A DNA stretch of 64,000 nucleotides from Dicyema japonicum (lineage: Eukaryota; Animalia; Dicyemida), in the NCBI GenBank assembly GCA_011109175.1, contig RDEW01000030.1:118094-182093 (forward strand), written 5' to 3'. Every line of letters begins with the position of its first letter. Position 1 is the stretch's first letter. The position numbers and the translations under genes were made by a program. This document shows, one piece after another, positions 23,519-35,797 of this stretch. The notes below the pieces were generated by a model. It did not search any database, was not told the origin of the DNA, and saw nothing but the letters and a program-made list of their open reading frames with translations.

Positions 23519-25087
23519 ATGCCTGGATGGTATACCTCAACTGGAAACTCGAGATGTTGTTTGTTCCCCTTGATTCTATTGCTTTCTGGAGACATTGAAC
23601 AAAACCCTGGACCAAAACCCCTTATTATTGTGGAACTCAATGCTAACGGAATAAAAACAAAGATTCTGGAGTTACAATGTTTATAAACGAAGCACAAGAT
23701 TGACATCTGCCTTATCCAGGAGTCAAAACTTTCTACAAAGAGTACAACCCCACTTTTTCCTGGATACATCTCTATCAGAAAAGACCGCATTGGACGTGGT
23801 GGCGGCTTACTCACAATTATTAGAAACGGTCTATCCTTCCACGATGTAAGCTTGCAAGTGGATGATTTAATTCTACACGACAAGACCGCGGAACAAATTT
23901 CTATTGATCTTATTAATGGGTCAGAACATCTTATTCTAATCAACATTTACATTCCACCGCCGGGATCCTGTCCTAATAACTATGTTCCGAAGCTCGACAA
24001 ACTACAAGAAATTCGAAATGTGTTACTATGTGGGGATTTCAACGCCAAACATCCGCAATGGCTTAGTACCCAGTCGGCAGACAAGAGGGGGAGTCTAATT
24101 ATCGACTCTCTCGAAAAAATGGTGATTCTGAATCACCCGAATGTGTTCACAAGGACACCTATCCGAAGAAATGACAACCCAACCTCCCCCGACATATCCA
24201 TTGCTTCCTCTAGGATTGCCCCGAAGATTTCATGGAACGTCTCCTACGATTTTCATAGTGATCATAATCCGATTATATTAAAACTGAGCCGATTCAATAA
24301 CTCGCGTAGAATTAAAGCAACCTTCAAGGTCTACAAGAAAGCTGACTGGTCGAATTTCAAGCTCTTCATTGACAATAACCTAATACACTTTGATCCCACC
24401 TCATTTTGCTCCATCGACAAAGCAGTGGACCATCTAAACCATGTAATCGTTCAAGCTGAAAAGTTGTTTGTACCACGTGCAGTATATAAATCCTACAAGC
24501 CTACTCTGGACTCGGAGACTCGTCTCCTCGTCAAACAAAGAAACTCCCTGAAGATGAATCATCTGCAAACCTCTTCTGATTTGGAAAATATAAAATGCTT
24601 AAATCAGAGAATTACAAAGCTCATCAGAGAAAAGAAAGATAGGGCGTGGAACCGCCTATTATCATCTATTGGACATATGAAATCCACGAGTCTTTTATGG
24701 AAAACTATTCGTCGAATCAAGCTAAACTTATCAGATGTATCAGAATCTTTTTCTGCTCCAAATACTGTACAAGCTAACAACCTAATGAAATATTACGCAT
24801 CTATAAGTCACAAGGACTTCTCGAAATCTCATTCTTGTCACCTTCGGAATTTAATGCCTAAACCAACTTCGTGGATCAATTTATTTACGCATGCCGAGGT
24901 CACACAGGCTATAAGATCGATGAAGAGATCTTATACGTGTGGTCCTGACGGTATTCCGGGAATTTTGCTAAAACACCTTGGTAATGTTGCAATCAATTCG
25001 ATTACGTCAATTTTTAATTTGTCTTCTAACAAGAACGTCATCCCATGCAAATGGAAAAAGTCTTATGTGTCTCAAACAATGAAGTAA
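23519..25087 (+). mobile_element. Ingi-like LINE ORF: 2A-like peptide + APE endonuclease + start of RT (one in-frame stop)
   Basis: MPGWYTSTGNSRCCLFPLILLLSGDIEQNPGP (DxExNPGP at 23591-23614), ELNANGI, CLIQESKL, RKDRIGRGGGL, NIYIPP, CGDFNAKH, SPDISIAS, SDHNPI and GPDGIP. Same frame throughout apart from a TAA at 23684-23686; 3' truncated. Confidence 0.88.
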
Positions 25088-25172
25088 GATGGTTTGAGAA
25101 ACCATATCCAACAAACATGAAAGATATATGCAATTGATGAAAATCAGTTAATTTATCCCCAGTAAAGCATAT

Positions 25173-25254
25173 TTAAAACTGCCATCCATCCAAAGTGGAC
25201 CCCGCCGACATTATCGACGTTGCGTTGCCTCTCACGACTGCAACAGAGATCAAC
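25173..25254 (-). repeat. GC-rich structured dispersed repeat, copy 2
   Basis: Reverse complement of 7382-7460 with four substitutions. Confidence 0.8.
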
Positions 25255-25369
25255 TGGAGTAAAAAAAAAAAAATTGATGAAACGCTTAAGGATAAATGTG
25301 GGAACTGTCTTTAATTCAGATAGGGGGAAGTATCTCGGAAAACAAGGAGAGGGGATAGATTTTGAAAGC

Positions 25370-25560
25370 TTCGACTCTTGTAAAGTCCAATGTTCATCTT
25401 GAGGTTTGCAAATGAATCCCAACTCCAGAATTTACTGCAGATACAGTTAACGTTTAGTGAACAAGATTCTTGAACTTTTTCGTTAAAAAGATGCCAACAT
25501 CTAAGTTGGGTTCCACGTAGTCGGACAAAAGCGACATGGAATAGGAATATTGGAAAACCA
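25370..25560 (+). pseudogene. Degenerate RPL7-like fragment
   Basis: MFILR, a 25-nt GT-AG segment, then VNKILELFR*KD. Nucleotides 25451-25497 closely match 26066-26103. Several TAA stops. Confidence 0.4.
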
Positions 25561-25710
25561 CGACAGAATATTCCTATTTATTTAGAATCTTCTAATATTA
25601 GATGCTAGTTAAGTTTATTATATTTTTGGTAACATATTGATATTTTAATTAAATTAAAAATAAAAATTACTAATTTTTGATAAAAAGATTTAAATAATTT
25701 AGCACGTTAG

Positions 25711-26510
25711 ATGGCTGATGTTGAGTTTGTGTGGCATAAAATTACTTTTAGAAATAATAGGCCAAAGCCTGCTCCTGAAATTGTTCTAAAGAGGAGAAGA
25801 GACACAGAGGAGACTAGGAAACAAAATAAACTTATTCGTTTAGAAAAACAGAAGAAATTAAGAGAAAAGAAGAGGGACACAACAAAACGTTCTAGGAATT
25901 TCTATATAAATTATCACTGCATGGAAAATGGGAAAAGAAAGTTCTTCCGAGATGCAAAAAAAGGAGCAAACGAAGAACTGACAGATACTGAATCCGTCGT
26001 GTTCGTTCTTCGTCTAAAAAAGTAATATTCGTCATTAGTCTAGTAAAACTCAATGCCCGTCCAAAGTGAAGAAGATTCTTGAACTTTTTCGACTGAATGA
26101 TGTCATGGATGGAATATTCATTAAGAAAAGCTGAGCAGTCGAAGTTTTGCTGAAAATTGAGAACTCGTACATCGTCTAGGATTCTCTTTCTTTTGGCACA
26201 GTGAGTAACCTTGTTTATAAGAGAGGAAGCTCGGTGGAGGACAACCAACCAATAACGAAAAATGCTGTTATTAGCGATAATTTGGGTGATATTTGTGTTA
26301 ATTTAAGGAAAATATGACATTGTGTGTATGGAGGATCTTGTTCATCATATATATAACGTTGGACCTTATTTCAGGGAGGTTACATGTTTTCTTTCTACCT
26401 TCAAACTTGATTCGCAAACTGGAGTTGCTTTAAGGAATCGTAAGCAGCTTATCACAAGATTTGGGGATCAAGGAATTTTTCTAAATGACTTGATTTTTAA
26501 ATTAATATAA
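25711..26510 (+). pseudogene. RPL7/RPL7L1 (RLP7, uL30 family)-like gene with two in-frame stops
   Basis: Introns 26022-26043 and 26286-26307 (22 nt each) give VFVLRL..KVKKILELFRLNDVMDGIFIKKS*AVEVLLKIENSYIV*DSLSFGTVSNLVYKRG..LGKYDIVCMEDLVHHIYNVGPYFREVTCFLSTFKL, colinear with uL30. TGA at 26132, TAG at 26177. Confidence 0.8.
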
Positions 26511-26639
26511 TTGTTATAAAATTTTAATTTTTGTATTTTTATGTCTTAGTTAGTTGGAGAGCCTATTAAATAAATATTAAACGGCATGTAGTTTACACGT
26601 TTTTTTGAATGCCACGTGTTTCTAAATCTTCTCTGACTA

Positions 26640-27230
26640 AAGCAACATTAAATGTTACGAATTTTCAAGAGAATTTCAACTACATAATAACCATGAGTTA
26701 TTTTGTAAACTATGCTTAATGACAGTGAAGTGCTCAAAAAAGACTTTGTTAACCTTCACAGGTCTTCGAGAAAACAAAATTTTCGTTGGTAAGGATTTTT
26801 CGATGATATAGATAGATCGTTTGACAACATTTAGCCAACAAATTAAATGAATCTGAAGTTGGAAACTGGGATTTGTAGGTGACTAAGGCTCTTCTGAAAT
26901 GTGACATACCGCTTAACAAATTATCAATGCCTTTGTTCATTAATCTTTTCAAATGCAACCAAATATCCCTTCTTCGCGATCGCAAGAAAGGAACTGTGCC
27001 GAATATATTACAAATGAATACATAGCTTCGTTCAGTGCCATATTCAAGTATTTTAATAATTTTATTTTCTAAAAAACAAAAAATTTTTGCGATAACCGAT
27101 GAAACTCAAATCCGAAACAAACGATATGTCGCGGTTTTGATGGGATCAATCAAACTGCCTAAATTTACTTATTTGGTCTCATTCAAGTATATATTACAAA
27201 AATATTATAGCACAGATTGTTGATGATTCG
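26640..27230 (+). mobile_element. hAT transposase remnant of the CGGBP1-related type
   Basis: ELFCKLC (BED-like), TKALLKCDIPLNKL, and IFAITDET..RYVAVLMG. A second N-terminal piece (DRLFCSLCNKIVD) lies at 32455-32590. Confidence 0.5.
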
Positions 27231-27399
27231 ATCCGAAATATAATGGTTGAACGGGATATTTTTATGCTTCTTATTTCTGATGCTGCAAGGTACAGTAAAG
27301 TCTCTCGAATCCGCCAATTTCGGGGATCGACAAAATCTGGCGGATTCGAGAGACTTATTGATTATTTTATCCACTAATAATGCAAATCAAAAAAATTAT

Positions 27400-28210
27400 T
27401 TATAAGCAAAAAAATCAGTAAGTTTTGATTTGTTTCTTTTTATAGCTCTGATCATTGAAGATCCAAGCTTTTCAATAGACTCAAGATTTTCGACATTAAA
27501 GAATTCTTCTTGATTATAGAATTCTTTAATTTATTTAAGGATAGAAAAGCCTCGCTAATAATTACATTTTTCTGACTTTCTTCAAGGGGTTCTTCACTAT
27601 CAATTTCTTGTTCTATTTTCTCCGAATCATATAAATCAAGTTCTTCAATCATTCAAATCAAATTCTATTTCCATTTCAAAAGAAATTGATTAAAAATTCG
27701 GCTATCCATCCATGCTTTTTTGAATTAGAATATGTGACATATTTTTTAATATCAAAATTTTTGAAACATCTAGGATTTTTAAACATCCCAATTTGTAAGG
27801 GTGTTTGTTTATCTGTACCGTCCACATTTGTACATAACATGACTAAACTCTGTCTTTAATACTTTATAACCTGATTTAAGGTTTTTACAAACACTTTTGG
27901 AAGGCATCATTTTGTAAAATAAACCAGTTTTGTCGGCATTATAGACATTTTGAGCTCCGTAGAAATTGATTTATTTTTGATTAATTCAATAAAATCTGAT
28001 ATTACATTAGGGTCAAAATTTAAAGTTGCAGATTCTCCATGCATATTTCGTAACTTCAAACCATTCCTCTTTTTAAATTTAACAAGCCACCCTTGCTTTT
28101 TTTGAAATCAGTGATCCCTCGTTTCGATGCAAATGTTTTGGCTTTCTCAGTAATAATTTCATCGTTCAAAATGGCAGTGATTAGTCTTTTTATTCAAAAA
28201 ATTTAATCCC
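27400..28210 (-). mobile_element. Tigger/pogo transposase remnant
   Basis: SKGWLVKFKKRNGL..HGES (CENP-B-type HTH) and VYNADKTGLFYKMMPSKS. Confidence 0.75.
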
Positions 28211-29269
28211 AGTGATTAACATTTTTGAGTAATTGAGGACGAAGGCATTTTAGTGACTTATACGAAGAATGCATTGAGTTATTGGTAATAATTTTTCACC
28301 CGATCGTAGTCGTAATCATCCAACTTACCTGAGATTGGAAAACCGGTTGATAAGGGATAATTGTGGTTCTTTAAGTTCCCGAGTAAATTGGAACCAATTG
28401 TCGCTATGTGAATCACATTGACGAAATCAATAAGAATCTTTTCTACCCAGGGATATATGCGTCAACTAGGTATTGCGGTACCTTTCATTTTTGCTGAATC
28501 CAAGAGAGTCCTTTTTAAGTCTCTGAAAAATATGGATTGATTATATGGTAACTAGTAGAATGGTACCCTTCCGTATGAGAAACAGTCCAGTTTAATGAAA
28601 TTTGACTGGTTGAAGTGAGTTCCTAATGAGGAATCAAGTCCTTCGACCCTCAACCCTTATTATTTTAAATGTCCCTTATCTTTAACCTTACTTGATTCCG
28701 TAGGTTATTTTAGAAAAAAAGAGGAATGATTATTGATTCAAGATTCGAGAGAAAAGAGAGATTGGATGGAAGTTAACTTTCCTAGATGATTTGACAAGGC
28801 ACGTGCAACACGGGAAACTATCTGCATGGTCATTCTCTTCTATTTCTTCCTGTTCAATCAGTCTTATAGCTTATCGAAGTTATCTTCTTCCTGAAACGTT
28901 TCTCAATCCTTCTGATATTTGCTACCACGACAAATCTCGGGCGTCCATAGAAATAAGGCGCTTCAAAATTGTGGCAAATCACCATCAACATATTCGCTTA
29001 AACTTAAATATCTTAATGAACAGTAAATTGTTGACCGCATTTCCGTTAGCATGTATATTTAAGCTCTGAGGGGGATTATCTTGTAAAGAAGGGATTCTTT
29101 CCATGCAACATACATGGCCTGTCGGCAAAACTGACAGGTACTTTAAGAGTAGTAACAAATAATTAACAAAATCTAATTTATCAAAGCATATTAACAAAAC
29201 ATAGTTAGGAGTGTTAATAATTGTTTCCCCTTTTTGGCTCAATTATCCGTGAACGGTAAAGTTTCTTTA

Positions 29270-32200
29270 TTCCGGCAAATTCACCGAAACGGATCGACGC
29301 AGAATCGCGTAGGGACGGGCGTCAGCCCATCTCTGATCCTTATATTTTAGTCTAGCGGTAGCTAGGACTGTTATTCTGCAAAATTTATTAAATTTGCAGT
29401 TAAAGGCTCTCTTACACCAGGCAAAAATTGTGCCCTTTCGGAGAGCCCGAAAATGTACAGTATTCACTGCACCGGCAGATCTGAAGTCGGTCAAGCAAAC
29501 ACAAGAGATGATAAGGACCAATATATCACATACTCAGGATGGGTCAGTGGAGAGGAGCGCTACACGGAAACTTAAGCAGAGGAAGGTAGGTGTTTCCGAG
29601 ACGGTTTCTCGGAAGCTAAATGAACTTATCACACGTCTGAACAACCTATGTACACTGCTAAAAGTGGATTTATGGAGTCTGGTGGACCTGACTAGTGAAG
29701 AGCACAGGCCACCAACAAAAACTATGAAAAGGAATTTGAAAGTAGTGCTTGTGAATGCCCGCTCCTGGTGAAAAGACATGATGAACTAGCGCTACTTGCG
29801 AGGATTGCCAAGGTGGATGTCTTGGTAGTTAACGAAACGAAAATCAAACCCGGAAGGAAGTATAATATGGAAGGATATGACTCGGTAGAAATTCCATGGA
29901 AAGATGGAGCAGTGGCTGGAACTGGAACCTCAATCTTTTGTCGTAAAGAATTGCAAACACGGAACGACTGTATCGTATTGGCCGACGATTCTGAACCCGA
30001 TCTGCGAAAATTGTTCAATTTTTCGAAACAAACCCTATGTCGATATTGGTAGGAGACCTGAATGCTAAGAATACGAGCTACGGATGTTGCAAAAACAACG
30101 GGAACGGGCGACTCCTAGCAGATCTGGTTATCGAAATTGGAGTTGAAGTCTTGACGTCTGAGGAACCTAACCATTTCTCACACTATGGCGGTGACATGCA
30201 TGGATTGGCCCTAGTGTCTCCACAACTCCTGGATCATGTAAACAGACCAAGGTTACTTTGGGAAATAGGGAGTGATCATATCTCTCAGGAATAACTATAA
30301 ACTTGGAGCCAACATTGCTGAAGATATTTTCTTATACTTTGATACCTCGTCTATAGACTGGGTACATTATCGTCATTATTTGTCGGAGACCTTATTAATG
30401 AAGACTAATTCCATTTCTACACCTAATGAGTTGGACGTTTTCAACTGGGAACTATCCAACACTATGCTGATGTATCTACGACTATATGGAAGGAAGATCT
30501 ACTCAAGAGCTTTCTGAAGAACAAACAGTCTTGCCCTCTTTCAATACGGGATCTTATTCGCGAGAGAAATACTCTGAAGGCGAAACTCTCCACTGAAAAA
30601 TCCAGTTACTTGAGGATAAGCAGGCCGGGTAGGCATCAGGAAGAGCCCTACACTCTTCGTATACCGAGAGTTTCATCCATGAAATACATGGGAATTGCAG
30701 TAGATGGGAGGGAATCATACCTGAAGACATCGAAGGGAGAAGGAAGAAGGCTTTGCAAGCACTGTTCTGTACTAGAAGACTAAAGTTGGATGTTGATTCC
30801 ATGCTCTTTGTCTTTCGGAATGTGATTCTTCCCAGATTTATTTACGGAAGCGAGAAATGGTTCTACACCCCCTCGAGAGAAAAGATGAAAACTTGTTGGT
30901 GTCCAGGGATTTTAATGCCAAGCACCCTTCGTGGTATGAGAAACAACTTCCAGACATGTTCTACCTGGAGATGTCGCTTTGGAGATCTATCGAACAAAGA
31001 ACACACATTCCCGTGGACCGGTCAGGATACCCGGTAATTCTGTTGAAAAAGATGGGCACAGTGGGCGTATCAGTTCTAACATACATCTTCAACAACTCAA
31101 TCAACTTCAACTGTATTACCGCTATATGCAACTCGAATATTCATCCAATACTGAAGCCTGGGAAACCAAGGGAGGACCCTGCTTCTTACAGGCCTTTGTC
31201 GCTCTTGTGCGTCCAGACAAGAATCCTAGAACGGATGGTTATGACACTCACACGATTCCTTTTCGGATGGCAGATTTCAACATGGTTTAAAAGGGACGAT
31301 CAACTATCACACACCTAAATACATTAAAGGAGTTCTCAACAGATGGCATTAACAAAAGACAGGACAGAAAAAGACGATTGTATTGATATCCAAAAGGCTT
31401 TTGACTCAATTTCGAAAAAAATTATACGCACGAATATATTCGTCGAACATTGACGCAAACCTGAAATGGTGTTTGGGAAATTTCTTGTGTAATCGACGAG
31501 GACGATACACTATGGAAATCGATGCTCTGTATCGAGACTATTAGCAAATGGCGTCCTCAGGGCCCCATTATCTCCCCTCTTGAAACCTTATGATGAATGA
31601 CTTGCCACAGCCACAGGGGGATGACATATTATTAACGTATGGTATGATTCATTGCTTTGAGGATGTGAGTATCAAAGCAACGAGAAGAGAACAAGACAAT
31701 CTGAATAAATTAAGTTTGTGGTTTTGGGAAAATCAATTGACTGCTAGCCCGGAGAAGTCATTGTTGACCCTATTCACGACAAACAGAAGACTAGGGAAAG
31801 TATCAATTGACGTCACACTAGATGGGAAGAATATCCGCAAAACAAATACCAGAAAATCCTGGAGTTACCTTTGACACCTTCTAACCTTTACAAAACATGT
31901 CGAAAATATGTTATTGACTTGTACGAGGAAAATCAACTTCCTGAAGGCGTTCTTGCGAAACCTAAGAGACAAAAAATCTGAGTGACTGGATGTCATATAC
32001 AAACAGTTCATCGAGGTTACAATAAGATACGCATGTAATGTCTGGGGATCTAACCTTGCTGCAACGAATTTGGACAAGATCTGCAACATTCAAGTGAAGG
32101 CAGCAAACCTACTAAGGAAATATTCCAGTGTGGAAATCCTGCCCAATAACCTAGAAAAATGATAGAGGCGACTGGAACAGTGCCCCTACAAAGGACTCGA

Positions 32201-32345
32201 GTATGCGGACCCCGTCCATATCGGAAATGCGCAGTAATGAAGTCGGAACACCGAGAAAATATGTGGAGACTGTCGAGGGAGGTTGGGATCACCTGAATTC
32301 TGTTAATTTTGGAGATGACGGTGGTTTTCTGGTTCAATAATAATA
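29270..32345 (+). mobile_element. Mosaic LINE (APE + RT) with (TAA)n 3' tail
   Basis: VLVNARSW, VVNETK, VGDLNAK, GSDH, YRPLSLLCV, DIQKAFD and KILELP-like motifs. Tail aataataataataa at 32335-32350; a second APE piece is inserted near 30870. Confidence 0.75.
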
Positions 32346-32599
32346 ATAATAAAATAATAAATGCTATAAATTTTTAAGCCATAATCAATTAATTAACATA
32401 AACTCGTTTGATTAACTGTCATATTAATGAACAATAAATCAATATATAACAAATCGATGATGTATGCTCTGCAATTCAAAGACGAATTTAAAATTCAGAA
32501 TGATCGACTGTTTTGTTCCCTATGCAATAAAATAGTCGATTCATCAAAGAAATTAAAAAAGTACTACTACAAATGATAAATTTGGAAGATATCTTTGCA

Positions 32600-33330
32600 G
32601 AGTTATCGGATGTCCTCTATTGTATATGGAAAATATCGATTGATATGTCTACCCAGTGATTCAATACTCTTTGGAGTTGGATTCGCTATCCATTCAAGAA
32701 TGGCATCCAACATTCTCCATATTTGGCGTGTGAGTGAAAAGATTGGCGTAATTCAAATACGACTTAAGAGTCACAGGCCCTCCAAAGTCTCACGAGATCA
32801 ATAGAAATGACCCTTTCCTGAAAATAGCATTTTTTTGCAAAATTGCTCTACTCTTGGCAGTCGTATGCGCCACATTGTGGGAGAGTGGCGAAAGATATGT
32901 CTGAACTGGATGACTTTTATTGTGACGTTCCTCAATTTGCACTTATATCTGATTCACGCTTGGATGGCTATAATGTGCAAATTATTCTCATCTTCAAAGC
33001 CAAAGTTCTCAACGACCAGCCGAATAGGCTTGTCAAGACTTGACTATGTAAGAAGATCAATTGTAGCCTTCAAGAGACGAAAGTCAAAGACGGCCTTGAT
33101 GAATAAGATTACAAACTAATTTTACTTCTTGCTGATCGTAGACACTATGGACAAAGGTTCGCGGTTCACAAGGTTAATGGGCTATACTGTTTCTGGAGAA
33201 TCGATGATCAATTACGCAAAAGATCTCGTTGATTAATGTCTATTGTCAACGTAAAGTGGTCGTGTTTTAAAGGATCCAGAAAAACTTGACGTATTCTAAA
33301 AAGTTCTTCCCAGGAATGTTGCGTGTTGGA
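32600..33330 (+). mobile_element. RTE-like LINE APE fragment
   Basis: GVGFAIHSRMASNILHIWRVSEKIGVIQIRL. Confidence 0.55.
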
Positions 33331-33589
33331 TTATTCTACTCTTCTTTTCATTGCGGGTGACTGAAACGCCAAAGTGTAACTCCAAGGATTGAGAAATTCT
33401 TGGATAAGTTCTACACTCCAAGTTAATTTAGGATCAAACCACGTATGTTTCCTGTAGGAAGAGATAACAGTAGTGTTCAACAGGCCAAAGAGGCAATGTG
33501 CATCAATAATGTTAAATTGAAATTTATTGAACCAAAAAAACATCGTCACTAAAAGTAAAATTTTGACTAATTTATAATAATTTAATAGT

Positions 33590-34120
33590 TATTTTTAAAA
33601 ATTGTTTTTACAATATGGCGAACCTTTTAATACATTTGTATATCAATTAACGTGCAGTTGCCACGTTCTTGTGGTTGGTTCTGTGGTTTTCTATTTTATT
33701 GTATTTTCTGTCGTATTATCATACATTTTATTCAATATTTTATTATATATATATTATTGAATTCATCATATAGTGTTGAACCCTGTTATCGAAATGTCTA
33801 TTATATATATATTTTTTGGTAACCTATAAATATGGATTGCTCCCCACTATTTGATTTTTTCTGTATTTACTGTGATCAGTTTTTCTTTTTTTACCTTATT
33901 TGTGAAAAATTTTATATTTTTAATGGAAGAAATAATATTTTTATGACTATATCGAAATTTTATTGAAATTTTTAATGAAGAACACTGCTACCCATTACAT
34001 GGTTGTTAAATGTCAATCGTCAACACATTCATCAATAATATAGTTAACTATCATAGAAACATAATTGTTCTATTTCCACACGTGCGGCACATAAAGCGAT
34101 TTTTCGGCAATCGATGTTAT
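33590..34120 (-). mobile_element. Tigger/pogo family copy
   Basis: About 350 bp near-identical to 39640-39970; a third copy starts at ~40720. Confidence 0.6.
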
Positions 34121-34959
34121 CTCAAAATCAAAGGATATTGATCTTGTGAAAGTTGATTGAATCATTCTACTATTTGGTATATTGATTCTCTGATTATTGA
34201 AATTCGATTTTATTCATAGCTCCGTGTGAGATCATATGAAGGAATCTGGCTTGGGATTAATTTTTCGGTTTTTTATTCTTCTAAATATTTAAGGAGGAAA
34301 ATTCTATTGACTCTTTATCCTCGCTGGCGAGATTTATTAACGATTCTATTTTTCCTCATTGTATTTTATCTCCAGATTGACGTTGTACAAAATCTCAAAA
34401 GGACGCTGTCTTGTTGTGTGGTGTGATCTATTATAATCGCGTACAATGTCTTTTATGAAGTCAATATAACTTCCAAAATTTCCAACCATCTTTTCGGATG
34501 CATTCACCAGTTTTTCGAAAACTGTATTTCTCTCTATTATTAGTTCCCTGTCTCGATATTCTACTGTTAATTGTTAAACTTTGTTTTTCTTTACCCTCTA
34601 CACCCGTAAAAATATAGAAAGGTATTTTTTTCGTTGATGAATGAATTGTATTACTGTAATCTAAGACAATCTCTCTTATTTTAAATACGGTGTTCTTTCA
34701 CATGGGCCAAGCGATACCTATGGGCTGCCAGTTACATTAATCTTGAACCAAGATTAACTTCAATTAATTATATAAATGATTTATTAACAACAAAAAAATT
34801 AAATTTAAGTAACTTTTTCAGTCGATAATTCTCCTTTCGAATTTTTATCTATCAAATTAAACTATTTAAAACTACTTCCACGCGATTATTCGACAAAATA
34901 TTAATTATACTGAAACTCAAACTTATTCAGTCGCAATGAGGATTTGTTCCAAAGTCCTT

Positions 34960-35760
34960 TTTAGCCCGAACCTATTTGTCAATGTTTTTAATTGATACTT
35001 TATCTCCCATGTTAAAAGTATATTTACTATTATGAACATTCATTTTCCTGTTCATAGCTTTGTAATAATACGCTAGAATATGAAGAATTTTGTTTGAAAA
35101 TGAATGGACCGATATGTCATAACTGTAGACAGAACTTTCTAATTTATCAAGCCACTTTTTTTCACTGTTATCCATCATTTTTGACAACTTCCCTTGATCG
35201 TCTGATTAAAACTTTCGACAATTCCTTATGCAGTTGATTGTTATGCCTTCCGTGAATTTGCTTAATGCTAAAATGATTATTTGTCTGAGATTTACGTGCT
35301 TTAAATTCAACATTGTAAACTTATCTATCCTCAAAAGATAGGGTAAAATCCATCAAATTATTTAAATAATTGGAATTGAACGATATAATAACTCCCATAT
35401 CTAAAGTTGAATTAATGATGTTGCATTTTTTGGCAGAAAAAATAGATCGATGTTAGAAAAATGATTATTCTTGTGACAACTCGCATTATCCTTCAAAAGG
35501 ACACCTTTTCTGTTGTGTTGAATCATTTCTTCGTTGACACTGTTCAACCAACTAATAAATAGATGTCATCCAACAATTTTTAGAAAATGTATATAAACGC
35601 CGTGCTCTTCAGGGTTATAATTTTTCATACAACGTGGGGGTTTATATTTTCCTATCAATAATGGCTTCAATTTTTCGCACAAGCACTGACCGACAAAAGC
35701 ATAGTGACTTTTTCTTTACTCCTTTTAATTTCAAAACAATCTTCATCTGAAGTTACAAAT
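34960..35760 (-). mobile_element. Pogo DDE fragment fused to an integrase C-terminal fragment
   Basis: VLLKDNASCH..LFFLPKNATSLIQ (DDE_1) at 35390-35520; WLDKLESSVYSYDIS..FNMGDKV at 34972-35187. Confidence 0.55.
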
Positions 35761-35797
35761 GATTTTGATGTTATTATTTTAATGTACAATCCCGTTT

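Noticed and set aside
23401-23946. 181-aa minus-strand ORF, plus similar ORFs at 15933-16256, 16467-16899, 25892-26248 and 29534-30018
   Set aside because: These are antisense shadows of LINE or RPL7-like coding sequence on the opposite strand.
140-26510. Alternative genetic code (stop reassignment) suggested by in-frame TGA/TAG/TAA in DMC1 and the RPL7-like gene
   Set aside because: PIP5K, Slp, BAP18 and NADSYN1 splice to stop-free frames ending in TAA or TAG. DMC1 also has frameshifts, and the stops align with different amino acids.
27183-27374. Ty3/Gypsy gag-protease linker-like peptide (SPKLADSRDFTVPCSI)
   Set aside because: Too short, and with no LTR, protease or RT nearby to support an LTR element.
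28790-29260. Possible host gene on the minus strand
   Set aside because: All frames contain stops and no family motif was recognised.
29270-29345. HDV-like fold at the 5' end of the 29270 LINE
   Set aside because: GGATC/GATCC and a hairpin are present, but no P1 partner or J4/2 in the required order.
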